This document shows, piece after piece, positions 11,615-21,449 of a DNA stretch of 43,959 nucleotides; positions within the stretch are counted from its first letter, which is position 1; every line of letters begins with the position of its first letter. The notes under the pieces are model-generated. The model was not told where the DNA came from, did not search any database, and saw nothing but the letters and a program-made list of their open reading frames with translations. This DNA is from Kofleriaceae bacterium. Lineage in GTDB: Bacteria; Myxococcota_A; Polyangia; Haliangiales; Haliangiaceae. Made by a program: the position numbers and the translations under genes. Where the stretch lies: positions 1-43,959 of the forward strand of contig JBKJLC010000225.1 in NCBI GenBank assembly GCA_046597055.1, given 5' to 3'.

Positions 11615-12700
11615 GTGTTCAAGAAGTCGGCGAACCCGAGCGACTACCTGGTCGCGGAGAGCCCGGCCATGCGCAACGTGGTCGCGCTGGTCGAGCGGTT
11701 CGCGGCCACCGACGCGCCGGTCCTGGTGTGTGGCGAGCACGGCACCGGCCGCGAGCTGGTCGCGCGCGTGCTGCACAACAAGAGCGCGCGCCGCTCCGGT
11801 CGCTTCATCGCGGTGCGGCCGACCTTCGACAGCGCCGACGTCGGCGGCGGCGACGAGGACCCCGATCAGCGCGCGCGCCGGGCCCTGCGCGCGGCCCAGG
11901 GCGGCACCCTCCTGGTCAAGGACGTGTGCGACGTGCCGGCGGCGAGCCAGCGCACGCTGCGCCGCGCGATGCATCGCCCCGAGCAGCCGGCCGCCAAGGA
12001 ATCGGCGCGGCGCGACTCGACCGGCGAGGTCTACGATGTCCGCGTGGTCGGCTCGGCCGATCTCGACCTCGAGCGCGCGGTCGCCGCCAAGATCATGTCG
12101 CGCGAGCTGTACGAGCAGATGAGCGAGCGCCGCATCGACGTGCCGCCGCTGCGCGAGCGGGGCGGCGACATCCCCACGCTGATCGAGCGCTGGGTGCGCC
12201 ACTACGCCGAGGAGGTCGGGCGCGGCAAGCTGACCGTGTCGACCCGTACCCACGAGCGGCTGGTCAAGTACCCGTGGCCGGGCAACGTCGCCGAGCTGAA
12301 GAACATCGCGCGCCGCCTGGTCGTGAACGCCCAGAGCAGCCGCATCGAGGCCGGCGATCTCGACGTGGTGATGCCGACCGTCGCCGAGCGGGTGCCGCTC
12401 GAGGACCTGTCGTTCGAGGAGATGGTGAAGTCCAAGCTGGCCGGCTTCCTGTCGCGCATGGACGGCTACCCGGTGAAGGACCTCTACGAGAAGGTGCTGG
12501 AGCGGGTCGAGCGGCCGCTGTTCGACCTCGTCCTCGAGAAGACCGGCGGCAACCAGCTCAAGGCCGCCGAGATCCTCGGCCTCAACCGCAACACGCTGCG
12601 CCGCAAGCTCGAGGGCCTGGGCGTCGAGCGTGGCACTGACCGCACCCGCGCCGCCGCCGCCCGCAAGAAGGGTCGCGAGGACCGCGCGCTCGACGACTGA
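11615..12700 (+). CDS. Degenerate sigma54-activator AAA+ domain with C-terminal Fis-like DNA-binding domain
   Basis: GEHGTGRELVAR, VPPLRER, YPWPGNVAEL, DLYEKVLERVERPL...GGNQLKAAEILGLNRNTLRRKL; no GAFTGA. Confidence 0.9.
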   Translation: MFKKSANPSDYLVAESPAMRNVVALVERFAATDAPVLVCGEHGTGRELVARVLHNKSARRSGRFIAVRPTFDSADVGGGDEDPDQRARRALRAAQGGTLLVKDVCDVPAASQRTLRRAMHRPEQPAAKESARRDSTGEVYDVRVVGSADLDLERAVAAKIMSRELYEQMSERRIDVPPLRERGGDIPTLIERWVRHYAEEVGRGKLTVSTRTHERLVKYPWPGNVAELKNIARRLVVNAQSSRIEAGDLDVVMPTVAERVPLEDLSFEEMVKSKLAGFLSRMDGYPVKDLYEKVLERVERPLFDLVLEKTGGNQLKAAEILGLNRNTLRRKLEGLGVERGTDRTRAAAARKKGREDRALDD

Positions 12701-12767
12701 CGGGGTCGACCCGCGGGGTCATCCACCGTGACCGGCGCCGACGCGGGGCCCGCGCCGGCCGCCGGGT

Positions 12768-13109
12768 TCAGCCCGAGGTGTCGGGCGTCTTGTCGGGCGG
12801 CGGGATTTCGGCCGCCGGGGTCGCGTCCTTCTTCTTGCCGACGTCGAGGTCGGCGCGGAGGTCGTCGACGAAGCGGCGCAGCGAGTCGACCACCGAGGTC
12901 AGCTGGGTCTGCACGGTATCGGCGGCCTGCTCCCCCTTGGCCTCGACCTTGGTCTGCAGCTCCTGGATCTTGGGCTCCAGCGCCTTCCAGCGATCCTTGG
13001 CCTCCATGCCGGCCAGGTGCAGCTTCACCTTGACCTCGTCGGCCATGCGCTTCAGGTCTTCCCACGGGCTCTTGCCCTTCGGCGCATCGGTATTCTGTTC
13101 GTCGGACAT
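12768..13109 (-). CDS. Small coiled-coil hypothetical protein
   Basis: GGAGG RBS; ADEVKVKLHLAGMEAKDRW helical motif. Confidence 0.85.
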   Translation of the reverse strand: MSDEQNTDAPKGKSPWEDLKRMADEVKVKLHLAGMEAKDRWKALEPKIQELQTKVEAKGEQAADTVQTQLTSVVDSLRRFVDDLRADLDVGKKKDATPAAEIPPPDKTPDTSG

Positions 13110-13232
13110 CTGGAACCTCCTCGCGCGGGCGGCGCGCGTCTCCGTCAGGTTGGGGCGCCAGCCGGGGTCCGGCAAGGGTCAATCCGCCGCGGGGCCGGTC
13201 CCGGGCCCGTCGAAGGGCCACACGAACCACGC

Positions 13233-14054
13233 TCACAGCGAGGGCGCGCGCAGCTCGACGTTGACGACCGCGCCGACCAGGACCGACAGCGACACCGCGT
13301 AGAACCACAGGATGACGATCATCGCGCCGCCGAAGGCCCCGTACAGATCCTGGTAGCCCGACAGCTCCTGCACGTACCAGGACACCCCCAGCGAGGCGAG
13401 CAAGCCAAGCGCGGTCCCGATCAGCGCGCCCGGGATGATGTGGAGCAGGCGCCGGTGCCCCCCGCCGAGCCGGTACAGCGCCGACAGGCTGAACACGCCG
13501 GCGACGACCAGCACCGGCCAGCGCAGCGTCAACACCCAGTCGGCGATGGTGACCTCCATCGCCTCGGCGGCGGCCGGCAGCGCGATCACGACCACCATGA
13601 GCGTGACCAGCGCGAGCAGCCCGGCGAAGGCGAGCGCGATCGTCATCCCGAACCGGGTCCAGCCGGTGAACTGCGGCGGCGACCCGTCGACGTGCGCGAT
13701 GCCGGTGAGCATGGCCGACGCCGACGACTGGCTCGAGTACATCGCGAGCAGGATGCTGGTGGCCAGCGCCAGCCCGAGCTCGTCGCTCGTGCGCCCGGCC
13801 GCGCGCTTGAGCTGATCGACCAGCAGGTCGAACACCGCCTGGGGCACCACCCGGTCGATGCCCGACAGGTGGCCCTCGATGCTCGATTGATCGGCGACCA
13901 GCGCGTAGATCGAGACCACCGCCGCCATCGTGGGCAGCAACCCGAGCAGGAGGAACAGCGCGACCCCGCCCGCCATCACGGTCGCGTCGTCGCGGAACGT
14001 GTGCTCCACCACCCGGACCGGCAAGAAGTGGCGCAGGCTCTCGAGGAACGACAC
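13233..14054 (-). CDS. YihY/virulence factor BrkB family membrane protein
   Basis: Multiple TM helices; MAGGVALF, LRWP, PGAL, YQDLYGAFGGAMIVILWFY...GAVVN. Confidence 0.9.
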   Translation of the reverse strand: MSFLESLRHFLPVRVVEHTFRDDATVMAGGVALFLLLGLLPTMAAVVSIYALVADQSSIEGHLSGIDRVVPQAVFDLLVDQLKRAAGRTSDELGLALATSILLAMYSSQSSASAMLTGIAHVDGSPPQFTGWTRFGMTIALAFAGLLALVTLMVVVIALPAAAEAMEVTIADWVLTLRWPVLVVAGVFSLSALYRLGGGHRRLLHIIPGALIGTALGLLASLGVSWYVQELSGYQDLYGAFGGAMIVILWFYAVSLSVLVGAVVNVELRAPSL

Positions 14055-14140
14055 GCCGGCAACGTAGCACCGGTGGCGCCGCCGTCAGCGCCGCCGGGCG
14101 CGAGCCTGGACGCCGCGCCCGATCGATCCGGAACCAGCGC

Positions 14141-14866
14141 TCAATCGAGCACCTTGCGCCGCGCGGCCTTCTGGATCGGCGCCCGGGTGCGGGTGTCCTT
14201 GGCGAGCTGGCGCAACTCGACCGGGTGGACGTGGTCGAGCAGGCCGATCGCGACGCCCGGGGGCACGGTCGGATTGCGGATCAACGCGATCGCGATCTCG
14301 GGTCGGTGGCCCCACTCGCGGCGCTCCGCGATCTCCTTGAGGACCTCGACCGAGATGGTGGTCATGCGGGCCATCGCCGAGATCTCGTCGAGCTGCACGC
14401 TCGGGTTGCGCAGGACGTGCACGTGCAGCATGCGGTTGGGATCGCGCAGCACGGCGAACCGGTCGTCGCGGTCGCCGCGCAGCGCCATCTGGATCTTCTC
14501 GACGGTCGACGCGCCCAGCTTGCTCACGGCCGGCCGGGCGGCGGTCGCGGTGCCGGACGCCGGGTCGGTGCCCCGGGTCGTGACCGGCGGGGTGGGGGTG
14601 GTCGGCTCGGTCGCCAGCGACTCGATCCGCGCGCGCCCGGCCGCATCCACGCTCACCGCGACCCCGACGCCGGCGAACACTTGCAGCACCAGCGCCGGCA
14701 CCACCACGGTCGCGGCCTCGCACGCGATCTCGAGCTCGACGGTGGCGTACATCTCGAAGCCGGCCGGCACCGTCGCCAGCTTCACCAGCAGCCCACCCTT
14801 GCCGAGCTGATCGCGCACGTCCGTGGCCAGGGCCTCCCTCGACGGATAGTACGCGATCAGTCGCAT
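14141..14866 (-). CDS. PilZ-like N-terminal domain plus helical (LRV/HEAT-like) repeat domain
   Basis: DQLGKGGLLV N-domain; EKIQMALRGD...VLRNP...REW...ALIRNP repeats. Confidence 0.75.
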   Translation of the reverse strand: MRLIAYYPSREALATDVRDQLGKGGLLVKLATVPAGFEMYATVELEIACEAATVVVPALVLQVFAGVGVAVSVDAAGRARIESLATEPTTPTPPVTTRGTDPASGTATAARPAVSKLGASTVEKIQMALRGDRDDRFAVLRDPNRMLHVHVLRNPSVQLDEISAMARMTTISVEVLKEIAERREWGHRPEIAIALIRNPTVPPGVAIGLLDHVHPVELRQLAKDTRTRAPIQKAARRKVLD

Positions 14867-15063
14867 CGGGCCAGGATACCTGCCGGCGGCGCCGGCGGCC
14901 ATGCGCCGCGCACGGCAGGTGGTTCGCCGGCAGCGAGCGGGCCAAGGCGCTCCACAGCCCCGGCCCGCGACCGCCGCGCACCGCCTGACCCGGTCCCGCC
15001 ATCCGGCGGCAGGCCGGGTTCGAGGACGCGTGCGGCGGGCCGAGTCGTGTCACCATCGCCCGC

Positions 15064-15948
15064 GTGCCGCGCACGCGCCAGCTGTTGCTCCTGACCGGCC
15101 TCGGGCTCGGCGGCTGCAACCTCGTCTTCGGCCTCGAGCCGCCCGAGGCCGCGCGCGATGGTGCGGTCGCGGTCGACGCCGTGGCGGCCGGCGATGCCGC
15201 CGGGTGCGGCACGCACGACGAGGATGGCGATGGTGTGGCCGACGGCTGTGACAACTGTCCGCACGTCCGCAACGCCGAGCAGCTCGACCAGCTGGACGGC
15301 GACGGGGGCGGCGACGGGGTTGGCGACGCGTGCGACCCGCAGCCGACGCAGCCGGGCGACCGCCTGCTGCGGTTCGCGGCGTTCGACACGATGCCACCCG
15401 ACCTGGTGCGCGAGTCGACCGGCGCGGTGACCAGCTTCGTGGTCGTCAACGACGAGCTCGCGGACGCGGTCGCCAACGAGGGTGTCGACGAGCTCGCCCG
15501 GCTCCCGCTCGCGACCGCCGGCCTGTCCGCGGTGACGGTGGCGACCCGCATGCGCGTCACCAGCTTCATGCCGCCCGAGAACGGCGAGAGCCGGCGGGTC
15601 GGGCTGTGGGCCGCGATCGACGACTCCGCCGATCGGCCGACCTTTCCGGGCGGCCTGCTCGGCGAGATCGCCCTCGAGCAGGGCATCCTGCGCGCCGATC
15701 TCACCCGGCTCACCTATTCGCCGGGCCCGGTCAGCGCCACCGGCGGTCGACCGCCCACGTTCGATCAAGGGCTGGCCGCCAGCGTCGTCGTGACGATCGG
15801 GCGCGGACTGCCGGCGCGGATGACCGTCGAGTACGGCTCGGCCAAGGATCAGGTCGAGCTGGCCGCCATGGTCCCGCCCGCGGACGTGGGGTTCTACACG
15901 CACGACGTCGGCGCGTCGTTCGAGTACCTGGTCGTCTACGGCCGGTAG
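15064..15948 (+). CDS. Lipoprotein with thrombospondin type-3 (Ca-binding) repeat
   Basis: Lipobox LGGC; DEDGDGVADGCDNCP...N.EQLD...DGVGDACD. Confidence 0.85.
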   Translation: MPRTRQLLLLTGLGLGGCNLVFGLEPPEAARDGAVAVDAVAAGDAAGCGTHDEDGDGVADGCDNCPHVRNAEQLDQLDGDGGGDGVGDACDPQPTQPGDRLLRFAAFDTMPPDLVRESTGAVTSFVVVNDELADAVANEGVDELARLPLATAGLSAVTVATRMRVTSFMPPENGESRRVGLWAAIDDSADRPTFPGGLLGEIALEQGILRADLTRLTYSPGPVSATGGRPPTFDQGLAASVVVTIGRGLPARMTVEYGSAKDQVELAAMVPPADVGFYTHDVGASFEYLVVYGR

Positions 15949-15971
15949 GGTGGTGCTGGTAGGGTCCGCCG

Positions 15972-16721
15972 GTGGTGCGTGCCCTGCTGGTCCTGATGGC
16001 GCTCCTCGTGAGCGCCGATGTCGCGGAGGCCCGGCCCCGGGGCGCCGGGGCGCCGGGTCGGGCCCGGCGTCACCGGGTCAAGCACGACCAGTCGCGGTTC
16101 CCGCGACCGCCGGATCCGGCCACCACCCCGGCGGCGCGCTTCGGCGCGCTGGCGGCCGAGGCGTGCCTGGCCGAGCTCGACACCCGCGGCATCCCGTACG
16201 CCGCCGAGCTGGCCGCCGGGGTCGAGGTGCCGGTCCGGCTGCAGGGCCCGCTGCGCGGCGTCAGGTTCCGCGGCGGCGTCCGCGACCCGGACACGTCGCC
16301 CTACGACATCGTGGATTGCCGGCTGGTGCTCGCGCTCGACGAGTGGGCGGTCATCCTCGCCGCGCACGACGTGGTCGAGGTCGTGCACTACTCGATGTAC
16401 CGGCCGCCGCGCGGCGCGGCCGGCGCCCGGTCGCAGCACCACGGAGCCCTCGCCATCGACGTCGGTCGCCTCGTGCGCGCCGACGGCAGCGTGCTGTCGG
16501 TGCTCGACGACTTCCACGGTCGGATCGGCGCGCCCACCTGCGGCCCGCGGGCGCGCCCCCGACGCCCGACCGCCGCGGCCCGCGCGCTGCGCGCGCTGCT
16601 GTGCGAGGCGGTCGACCAGTATCTCTTCCACGTGGTCCTGACGCCCAACTTCAACCGGCCCCACCGCAATCACTTCCACCTGGAGCTCATGACCGGCGCC
16701 CGGTGGTTCCTCGTGCACTGA
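15972..16721 (+). CDS. Extensin-like family exported protein (M15/LAS-type motifs)
   Basis: Signal peptide; CLAEL, DCRL, SQHHGALAIDV, VLTPNFNRPHRNHFHLE. Confidence 0.85.
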   Translation: MVRALLVLMALLVSADVAEARPRGAGAPGRARRHRVKHDQSRFPRPPDPATTPAARFGALAAEACLAELDTRGIPYAAELAAGVEVPVRLQGPLRGVRFRGGVRDPDTSPYDIVDCRLVLALDEWAVILAAHDVVEVVHYSMYRPPRGAAGARSQHHGALAIDVGRLVRADGSVLSVLDDFHGRIGAPTCGPRARPRRPTAAARALRALLCEAVDQYLFHVVLTPNFNRPHRNHFHLELMTGARWFLVH

Positions 16722-16889
16722 ACCGCGGCGTCCGGCGACCCGCCGCCCCTGCGTGCGGGCTCCGCTGCCGGCCGACGCCTGACCCGCTCGAAGGCCCGAG
16801 CTTTTGTGCTCCGGACTACAAAGCGCCGGGTTCTCCTCCGAGATCCACGGTTCCATTCACTGCCGGGGTTGTCTAGAGTGCGCCGCATC

Positions 16890-18350
16890 ATGATGCGTCG
16901 CCGCCCGGTCGTCCCATTGCTCGCGCTCGCGCTGGTGCTGATCGGTTGCGGGGCCAGCCCCGGTAGTGGCGGCGACGATGACGACGATCTCGGGGGCACC
17001 GACGCGGCGTTGATCGACGCGGCCGAGAACGCCGACGCCGCGATCGACGCGCTCACCGCGTACCCCGACGCCCAGATCAACAGCGACGGGCCGGCGGCCT
17101 GCACCGACTGGATGTGCACCACGCCGGTCGACGACGGCTGTCTGGTCGGGACCTCGGACATGTGCGGCAACGGCCTCGACGACAACTGCAACGGGTCGGT
17201 CGACGAGGGCTGTCCGTGCACGCCGGGCGCGGTGCAGCAGTGCTTCGTCGGTCAGCCCGGCCGCCGCAACGTCGGCGGTTGCGTCGACGGCATGCAGACC
17301 TGCCAGGGCGGCGGCGAGTTCATCGAGTGGGGCCCGTGCACCGGCGGCATCCGGCCCGGCAGCGAGGCCTGCGACTCGGTCGACAACGACTGCAACGGCT
17401 GCGCGGACGACCACCCCGACTGCTGCGAAGTCACGCTGGCGTGCCCGAGCAGCATGCCCGACGGCGAGCCGTTCCAGAACTACGTCATCAACGGCGCCAT
17501 GTTCTACAGCGGCGCGGTCACCTCCTGGTCGTGGACGGTCACCGGCGGTCCCTGCGACCAGCTGCTGATGTCGAGCGCCAACCGCAGCACCTTCACGCTG
17601 ACGGGCGCGAACACGTCGACCCTGACCTTCCGGCCCACGCTGTCGGGCGACTACACGGTGACGGTCACGATCGTCGGCGCCGACGGTGTGACGTACACGT
17701 GCACGTTCATCGTGCACATCCGCGGCCCCGGCATGCGCATCGAGCAGTGCTCGGATCGCACGGCGGAGACGGACATCGACCTCCACCTGCACCGGCCGCT
17801 CGGGCCCGGCGTCAGCCAGGGCTGGTTCAGCGCGGCCGGCCGCGACGACTGCAACTACATCAACTGCAAGGCGGGTCCCGCCGGCCCCAACACCCCGAAC
17901 TGGGGCTCGGTCAACAGCCCGCTGGCCGAGTGTGTCGGCGGTCCGTCGGGCGCGGCGTGGACCGCGCTCGGGTATTGCCGCAACCCGCGCCTCGACATCG
18001 ACAGCATCCGCGCGATCGGCGTGCCCGAGAACATCAACGTCGACGTGCCGCAGAACAACGCGGTCTACCGCGTGATGGTCAACTACTTCGGCGGCACCGT
18101 CGTGGCCCACCCGCTGGTGAACGTGTACTGCGGCGGGTTCCTGCGCGGCTCGTACGGCCTGCCGGGCGCGATGACCGAGGTCACTGGCTTCGACGTCGCC
18201 GGCGGCGACAGCACCGGCGACATCTGGCGAGTCGTCGACGTCACCCCGCAGGTCGCCAACGGCATCACCAGCAACTGCACCCTGGCGCCGGTCTACCCGG
18301 CCGGCCAGACCACCGGCTACTGGGTCGCCCCCACCCCGCGCACGTACTGA
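16890..18350 (+). CDS. Cys-rich lipoprotein with putative metal-binding repeats, PKD-like and YfaP-like domains
   Basis: Lipobox LIGC; CGNGLDDNCNGSVDEGC, EACDSVDNDCNG; DIDLHLH, PRLDID, PENIN. Confidence 0.85.
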   Translation: MMRRRPVVPLLALALVLIGCGASPGSGGDDDDDLGGTDAALIDAAENADAAIDALTAYPDAQINSDGPAACTDWMCTTPVDDGCLVGTSDMCGNGLDDNCNGSVDEGCPCTPGAVQQCFVGQPGRRNVGGCVDGMQTCQGGGEFIEWGPCTGGIRPGSEACDSVDNDCNGCADDHPDCCEVTLACPSSMPDGEPFQNYVINGAMFYSGAVTSWSWTVTGGPCDQLLMSSANRSTFTLTGANTSTLTFRPTLSGDYTVTVTIVGADGVTYTCTFIVHIRGPGMRIEQCSDRTAETDIDLHLHRPLGPGVSQGWFSAAGRDDCNYINCKAGPAGPNTPNWGSVNSPLAECVGGPSGAAWTALGYCRNPRLDIDSIRAIGVPENINVDVPQNNAVYRVMVNYFGGTVVAHPLVNVYCGGFLRGSYGLPGAMTEVTGFDVAGGDSTGDIWRVVDVTPQVANGITSNCTLAPVYPAGQTTGYWVAPTPRTY

Positions 18351-18507
18351 CCGGCGCGGCGGCCGCGCGACCCGATGGCGGCGTCGATGATGACCACGGT
18401 GACCCGGTTCCCGACCGACCTCGCCGCCGGGTAGCGCCCGGGTCCCGGCCACTCCCGGCCCGCGCTTCTGAAACCTCGGCGAAACGTTTCCCTGCCATCA
18501 TCGGTGG

Positions 18508-19785
18508 ATGAGCACGACGCCCACCGTCCGCATCCATCACGCGGGTGATCGTTCGGTCGACGGGATCATGCGGCTGATCGAGATCGCGAGCGGGGAGGCG
18601 CCGCTCGACATCGCGCTGGCCCAGGTCTGCCAGGAGATCGCGGCGATCACCGAGGTCGACGTGGTGAGCGTGTACGTGCGCGAGGGCGACGATCAGCTGA
18701 CCATGCTCGGCAACCACGGCTTTCCGGCTGCGGCGGTCGGGGCGGTGCGGTTGCGCGTCGGGGAGGGCCTGACCGGGCTGTGCGCCGAGTGCCTGCGCCC
18801 GGTGTCGGTCGCGGTCGCCGAGCACGAGACCGAGTTCAAGCTGGTGCCCGGGCTCGGCGAGGAGCGGTTCCCGACCTACGCCGCGCTGCCGCTGATCGCC
18901 GGCGGTCGCGCGCTCGGCGTGATGGTGCTGCAGCGGCGCGGCCGGATCGGGTTCCCCGACGCCGAGGTCGCGCTGGCGGCCGCGCTGGCGGCGCCGGTCA
19001 CGATGGGGATCGAGCGTCGGCTCGGCCGGCCTGACCACACGCGCACGGCGCGGCTCGACGGCGTGGTGCGGGTCGCGGGCGCGGCCACCGGCCGGGTCGC
19101 GGTGCTGCCGACCCTGGCCTCGCTGGTCGATCGGGGCCCGATCGACGTGATGGCGGCGTTCGACCGGCTGCCGGCCGAGCTCGATCGGGTGGTGAAGCGG
19201 GTCCGCAAGAGCGGCGACGTCGAGGCCGTGCGCGCGGTCGACGACGTGGCGTTGATGATCTGCGACGGTCGCCTGCGCGAGCGGCTGGCCGCCGCGCCGG
19301 CCAACGCGGCCGGGCTGTACGCGGTCGCCCGCGACTACGCGCGGGCGGCATTCAAGGTGGCGGCCGCGCGCGGCGGGGCCGCTGACGCGACCGGGCGGGC
19401 CGCCGACGTCGAGGACCTGCTGGTGATCCTGTGGGCGATGGCGGCCGACGAGAAGCTGTTCCCGCCCGGCGCGATCTGGGTGAGCGACCGGCTCGGCGCG
19501 CTGGTCGCGCTGGTCGCTGGCGCCCGCGACGCCGGCGCGCTGATCGTCGAGCAGACGCCGACCGCGGCTGCGGTCGCGATCGCCCGTGCCGAGGGCCTGG
19601 CCCTGCTCGGTGAGGTGCGGAGCCTGCACGCCTGGGCCCGGCCCGGCGATCGGTGCGCGGTCGATGCGCCGGCGGTGGCGGTCGACCCGGCCGCGGACGG
19701 CAGCGCGCCCGCGACCGGCATCGTGCGGATCAACCCGCCGGTGTTCGCGATCGAAGAAGCGCGCCGTCGTCGCAACGACGGCTGA
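18508..19785 (+). CDS. GAF domain plus truncated, degenerate PtsP (EI-Ntr)-like N-terminal module
   Basis: VVSVY...VRLRVGEGLTG...FKLVPGLGEERF...LGVMVLQ; RAADVEDL; ends after VD...GIVRINP. Confidence 0.78.
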   Translation: MSTTPTVRIHHAGDRSVDGIMRLIEIASGEAPLDIALAQVCQEIAAITEVDVVSVYVREGDDQLTMLGNHGFPAAAVGAVRLRVGEGLTGLCAECLRPVSVAVAEHETEFKLVPGLGEERFPTYAALPLIAGGRALGVMVLQRRGRIGFPDAEVALAAALAAPVTMGIERRLGRPDHTRTARLDGVVRVAGAATGRVAVLPTLASLVDRGPIDVMAAFDRLPAELDRVVKRVRKSGDVEAVRAVDDVALMICDGRLRERLAAAPANAAGLYAVARDYARAAFKVAAARGGAADATGRAADVEDLLVILWAMAADEKLFPPGAIWVSDRLGALVALVAGARDAGALIVEQTPTAAAVAIARAEGLALLGEVRSLHAWARPGDRCAVDAPAVAVDPAADGSAPATGIVRINPPVFAIEEARRRRNDG

Positions 19786-19828
19786 AGAGGTGTCGAGGCT
19801 TTGATCGACACCGCTTGAGCCGCCGCGG

Positions 19829-20584
19829 TCACGGCTGTGCGACCCGGAAGTCGTCGAAGGCGGCCGCCTGGGTGACGGTCTCCAGGCCGGGGCCGCCGGT
19901 CGGATAGCGCGTATCGGTGCCCGTGATCGACGCGCCCGCCAGATCGCGGACGCAGCAGCGCAGCGTGCTGGACTCGGCCAGCACCTCGAGCACCACCGGT
20001 GCGGCCGGGTCGTAGCCGGCGATGGTGCCGAGATCGACGACGGTGTCGGCGACCGTGTCGCCCAGCAAGCCGTTGAGACGCATGTACTGCAGGCGCAGGC
20101 CCCCGACCGCGGGCTCCCAGATGCAGCGGTAGCGGCCGGCATCGGCGGGCTGGATGCGGAGCGCGAGCCCGAGCGCGCCGCCGGCGCCGTCGAGCCGTCG
20201 CATCCGCGCCTCGGCATGGTAGGCGGCGAAGTCGCCGGTGCCGGCCGGATACGCGTGCGCGCTCTGCGGCTGTGATTGCACCGCCTCCGAGCTGGTCGCG
20301 GCCCAGGCGCCGCCGACGGTGACCCAGCCGATCAGATCGGCGAACTCGCTGGCGTAGAGCGGCGCCCCGCCGGTGCCGAGGCAGCTCGAGCCCGGGACGC
20401 CGTCGGGCCGATCGCCACCGCCGCCATCGTCGGGCTCGGTGATCGGAGCGCGCACGCAGGTGTCGGTCGCGGGGGCGCATCGCCAGCCGGCGACGCACGG
20501 GCACTGCTTGTCGGTGAGATCGAGATCCTCGACGCGACAGGCGCTGACGACGAGCAGCGTCGCGAGCAGCACGACGCGGGTCAC
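19829..20584 (-). CDS. Lipoprotein with Cys-rich N-terminus and LamG/DUF1080-like beta domain
   Basis: Lipobox VSAC; CPCVAGWRC; GGPGL...AAFDDFRV; GTGA overlap with the TPR gene stop. Confidence 0.8.
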   Translation of the reverse strand: MTRVVLLATLLVVSACRVEDLDLTDKQCPCVAGWRCAPATDTCVRAPITEPDDGGGGDRPDGVPGSSCLGTGGAPLYASEFADLIGWVTVGGAWAATSSEAVQSQPQSAHAYPAGTGDFAAYHAEARMRRLDGAGGALGLALRIQPADAGRYRCIWEPAVGGLRLQYMRLNGLLGDTVADTVVDLGTIAGYDPAAPVVLEVLAESSTLRCCVRDLAGASITGTDTRYPTGGPGLETVTQAAAFDDFRVAQP

Positions 20585-21423
20585 GGCAGCTCCCAGGTCA
20601 GGCCGACCCACGTCGGCGCGATCGAGACCTGCGCGCCGGCGACGGTGACCGGTGCGCGCGCGTGCTGTCGACGATCGAGCACACCCCACACCACGCCGCC
20701 GACCACGATCGCGCCACCGGCGACGAACAGCACGTTCGCGATCCGCGCGTCGCGCAGCGCCCGATCCTGCAGCCGCACCGCTTCGGCCTGCACCGGCTCG
20801 GCTTGCGCACGGTCATTCTTGGATTGCGACAGGTAGCCAAACACGGCACCTGCACCGAGCACGGCCACACCACCGCCGGCCACGTACCACGGCCGTCGAC
20901 GTGAGCTGGCTGACGCTCCTGCGTCGATGCGTCGGCCCCCGCGCGGCGCCAGTCCTCCCGACCTCTGTGGTCCGGATTGCGCTCCCTGCGAGAGATCCTT
21001 GCTGCCCGACCGTGGCGACGTGCCGGGGCCAGCGCCGGCGCCGCCCGGCTCGGGCGCCGCGCCGCCATCGGCGCGGGCAGCGAGCTGCGCCTGCAACGTC
21101 GCGATCCGACGCTCGATCGCGCCCCGATCTTCGATCTTGACCGCGTCCTTCAGGTAGCGCTCGTACTGCGCGATCGCGCCGGGCAGGTCACCCAGCCCCT
21201 CGAGCGCACGCGCGAGATTGTAGAGCAACAATGGTTCGGCATGGAGCGCGTGCGCCGCGCGCAGCAACTCGACGGCACGTTCGAACTCGCCACGCTTGTA
21301 ATGCAGATCGCTCTGCTGGAAGAGCGTGAGTGCACGCGCCTTGTGGTCCGGTGTCGGTTGCGCGACCGCCACCGACGCCGACAGCGCGATCGCGAGCACG
21401 ACGATTCGTCGAGGACCACGCAT
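20581..21423 (-). CDS. TPR-containing exported/membrane protein
   Basis: Signal peptide; LLLYNLARALEGLG...AIAQYERYL; two C-terminal hydrophobic segments. Confidence 0.85.
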   Translation of the reverse strand: MRGPRRIVVLAIALSASVAVAQPTPDHKARALTLFQQSDLHYKRGEFERAVELLRAAHALHAEPLLLYNLARALEGLGDLPGAIAQYERYLKDAVKIEDRGAIERRIATLQAQLAARADGGAAPEPGGAGAGPGTSPRSGSKDLSQGAQSGPQRSGGLAPRGGRRIDAGASASSRRRPWYVAGGGVAVLGAGAVFGYLSQSKNDRAQAEPVQAEAVRLQDRALRDARIANVLFVAGGAIVVGGVVWGVLDRRQHARAPVTVAGAQVSIAPTWVGLTWELP

Positions 21424-21449
21424 TTCTGCTGCGTATACTGCCACGGACC

